From Mycobacterium tuberculosis H37Rv (GTDB lineage Bacteria; Actinomycetota; Actinomycetes; Mycobacteriales; Mycobacteriaceae), in contig NC_000962.3 of NCBI RefSeq assembly GCF_000195955.2, positions 1,680,001 to 1,712,000 of the forward strand: DNA of 32,000 nt. Direction: 5' to 3'. The position numbers and the translations under genes were made by a program. This document shows positions 29,644 through 32,000 of the stretch, in pieces (the stretch's first letter is position 1; every line of letters starts with the position of its first letter). The notes under the pieces are model-generated. The model did not search any database, was not told where the DNA came from, and worked only from the letters and a program-made list of their open reading frames with translations.

Positions 29644-30603
29644 GTGGTGCCTGGTGATGCATCAAGCGTGGTATCGGTGAACCCGGCGAAACCGCTTATC
29701 TCGGTGTGCATCCCGATGTACAACAACGGCGCCACCATCGAGCGCTGTCTGCGTAGCATCCTCGAACAGGAGGGCGTCGAGTTCGAGATCGTGGTCGTTG
29801 ACGACGACTCGTCCGACGACTGCGCCGCGATCGCCGCAACGATGCTGCGACCCGGAGACCGCTTGCTGCGAAATGAGCCTCGCCTCGGCCTCAACCGAAA
29901 CCACAACAAATGTCTGGAAGTCGCGCGCGGCGGACTTATTCAGTTCGTACATGGTGATGATCGGCTGCTCCCCGGAGCCCTGCAGACACTCAGCCGACGT
30001 TTTGAGGATCCCAGTGTCGGAATGGCTTTCGCCCCCCGACGGGTGGAGAGCGACGACATCAAGTGGCAACAACGGTACGGCAGGGTCCATACCCGTTTCC
30101 GCAAGCTGCGCGACCGCAACCACGGGCCGTCGCTGGTCTTGCAGATGGTATTGCACGGCGCGAAGGAAAATTGGATCGGCGAACCGACCGCCGTGATGTT
30201 TCGGCGGCAATTGGCGCTGGACGCCGGTGGTTTTCGCACCGATATCTACCAGCTCGTCGATGTGGACTTCTGGCTTCGGTTGATGCTGAGGTCGGCGGTC
30301 TGCTTCGTTCCGCACGAGCTCTCGGTGCGCCGTCACACGGCGGCGACGGAGACCACACGGGTGATGGCGACTCGGCGCAACGTGCTGGACCGACAGCGCA
30401 TTCTCACCTGGTTGATCGTGGACCCGTTGTCGCCCAACAGCGTTCGCAGCGCCGCGGCGCTGTGGTGGATACCCGCATGGCTGGCCATGATCGTGGAGGT
30501 GGCCGTGCTCGGACCGCAGCGGCGGACGCACTTGAAGGCTTTGGCGCCGGCCCCATTCCGCGAGTTCGCCCACGCCCGGCGTCAACTGCCGATGGCTGAC
30601 TAG
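29644..30603 (+). CDS. GT2-family glycosyltransferase
   Basis: [43 protein letters not shown] ... FVHGDD. GTG 29644; internal GTG alternatives lie closer to the conserved N-terminus. Confidence 0.85.
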
Positions 30604-30732
30604 CAGTCGCACTCTGCCTGGCCGTCGTCGGAGCCACAGACAATTCCAACCCATTTGGCCTGGCGGCCAAGATGACATTTTTACAAGGTAAGGCTAGCCT
30701 TAAGCGTCCGCGTATCCAGGACCTCGGGTCTG

Positions 30733-31002
30733 TTGCGTTGTGGTTGCCTCGCATGCGACGGAGTGCTCTGCGCCAACGGCCCAGGTCGTCCGAGAAGGCC
30801 AGCCTTGACCTGTACAGCTGTGGCGACCCGAACGTTGCACAGCTTGGCGACGAATGCCGAGTTGGTCGAGTCGGCCGATCTGACCGTCACCGAGGATATT
30901 TGCTCGCGAATCGTGTCGCTGCCAGTTCACGACCACATGGCCATTGCCGACGTTGCGCGGGTCGTTGCGCCGTTCGGGGAAGGGTTAGCGCGCGGTGGTT
31001 GA
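30733..31002 (+). pseudogene. C-terminal stub of a DegT/DnrJ/EryC1-family aminotransferase (Rv1519-like ORF)
   Basis: LTCTAVATRTLHSLATNAELVESADLTVTEDICSRIVSLPVHDHMAIADVARVVAPFGE matches the family C-terminus (L...GI.T..hy...h.......dLPvtE.i..eilsLPlhp.m...dv.rVv). The roughly 300 upstream codons, including the PLP-lysine, are absent. Confidence 0.55.
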
Positions 31003-31027
31003 CCCGACAGCGACGGATTCGCCCAAG

Positions 31028-32000
31028 GTGAGTATCGTCTCGATCTCCTACAACCAAGAGGAGTACATTCGCGAGGCCCTGGACGGCTTCGCCGCCCAGA
31101 GGACCGAGTTCCCCGTCGAGGTGATCATCGCTGACGATGCCTCCACGGACGCCACCCCGAGGATCATAGGAGAGTACGCCGCCCGCTATCCGCAGCTGTT
31201 TCGGCCGATCCTGCGGCAGACCAACATCGGTGTCCACGCCAATTTCAAGGATGTGCTGTCCGCCGCTCGTGGCGAGTACCTCGCACTGTGCGAAGGCGAC
31301 GATTACTGGACCGATCCGCTGAAGCTGTCCAAGCAGGTAAAGTACCTGGACCGGCATCCGGAGACGACGGTGTGTTTTCATCCTGTGCGAGTGATCTATG
31401 AGGATGGCGCAAAAGACTCCGAGTTCCCGCCGCTCAGCTGGCGCCGCGACCTGAGCGTCGATGCCCTGCTCGCGCGGAACTTCATCCAAACCAACTCGGT
31501 CGTGTACCGCCGTCAGCCGAGCTACGACGACATCCCGGCCAACGTCATGCCGATAGATTGGTACTTGCATGTGCGGCATGCGGTGGGCGGCGAGATCGCC
31601 ATGTTGCCCGAGACGATGGCGGTCTACCGTCGCCACGCTCACGGTATTTGGCATTCCGCGTACACTGACCGCCGAAAGTTTTGGGAGACACGAGGCCATG
31701 GGATGGCCGCGACGCTCGAGGCGATGCTCGACCTAGTTCACGGCCACCGCGAGCGCGAGGCGATCGTCGGTGAGGTGTCCGCCTGGGTGCTTCGCGAGAT
31801 CGGAAAGACACCCGGCCGACAGGGTCGCGCCCTGCTTCTGAAGTCCATCGCGGACCATCCGCGGATGACGATGCTGTCGCTACAACACCGGTGGGCGCAA
31901 ACGCCCTGGCGGCGGTTCAAGCGCCGGCTGTCCACCGAGTTATCGAGCTTGGCGGCGCTTGCGTACGCCACCCGACGGCGCGCACTCGAAGGTCGGGACG
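31028..32000 (+). CDS. GT2-family glycosyltransferase, 3'-truncated by the window edge (Rv1520-like; paralog of 27529-28539). Absent from the supplied ORF track.
   Basis: I translated this by hand from GTG 31028: VSIVSISYNQEEYIREALDGFAAQRTEFPVEVIIADDASTDATPRII...ALCEGDDYWTDPLKLSKQVKYLDRHPETTVCFHPVRVIYEDG...MPIDWYLHVRHAVGGEIAMLPETMAVYRRHAHGIWH. There is no stop before position 32000. The track instead lists an antisense ORF (30887-31699). Confidence 0.85.
   Translation, partial: MSIVSISYNQEEYIREALDGFAAQRTEFPVEVIIADDASTDATPRIIGEYAARYPQLFRPILRQTNIGVHANFKDVLSAARGEYLALCEGDDYWTDPLKLSKQVKYLDRHPETTVCFHPVRVIYEDGAKDSEFPPLSWRRDLSVDALLARNFIQTNSVVYRRQPSYDDIPANVMPIDWYLHVRHAVGGEIAMLPETMAVYRRHAHGIWHSAYTDRRKFWETRGHGMAATLEAMLDLVHGHREREAIVGEVSAWVLREIGKTPGRQGRALLLKSIADHPRMTMLSLQHRWAQTPWRRFKRRLSTELSSLAALAYATRRRALEGRD

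Noticed and set aside
29662-30678. 338-aa minus-strand ORF
   Set aside because: It is antisense to the GT2 gene at 29644-30603, which carries clear GT-A motifs.
30887-31699. 270-aa minus-strand ORF, the only track entry covering 31.0-31.7 kb
   Set aside because: The plus strand here encodes a GT2 protein highly similar to the one at 27529-28539. That gene was omitted from the track only because it has no stop inside the window. The minus ORF is its shadow.

Overview
High-GC actinobacterial chromosome. By gene order and protein sequences I recognise it as Mycobacterium tuberculosis complex, the region known in H37Rv as Rv1490 to Rv1520; this is recognition from memory, not a database search. 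Left third (1-9300) is core metabolism: a partial membrane protein gene, a TVP38/DedA-like membrane protein, the B12-dependent methylmalonyl-CoA mutase operon mutA-mutB-meaB with a mazE/mazF toxin-antitoxin pair wedged between mutB and meaB, and the esterase lipL. The rest (9300-32000) is a dense cell-envelope glycoconjugate locus. It holds five GT2 glycosyltransferases, five SAM methyltransferases, GDP-mannose dehydratase plus GDP-fucose synthase, a WecE/DegT-type sugar aminotransferase, a NeuD/PglD-type acetyltransferase, a WbqC-family protein, a PhyH-type dioxygenase, a beta-propeller glycosidase-like protein and three polytopic membrane proteins. No rRNA, tRNA or CRISPR array was seen. The main result of the hunt is how much unannotated decay and rearrangement this locus carries. 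The aminotransferase is split by a single in-frame TAA. One methyltransferase is frameshifted in its 5' end, and another has about 64 in-frame, homologous-looking codons upstream of its only canonical start. A degenerate, internally deleted second copy of the gmdA 5' region forms direct repeats bracketing two genes. There are also an N-terminal methyltransferase stub, a C-terminal DegT stub, a degenerate Nudix ORF antisense to the longest ORF there, an IS transposase remnant, and an inverted pair of paralogous GT2 genes. The last of those GT2 genes (31028 to the window end) is missing from the supplied ORF track because it runs off the edge. I did not find a convincing novel defence-type or other undescribed system. 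All homology statements are by-eye motif recognition and need alignment to confirm.
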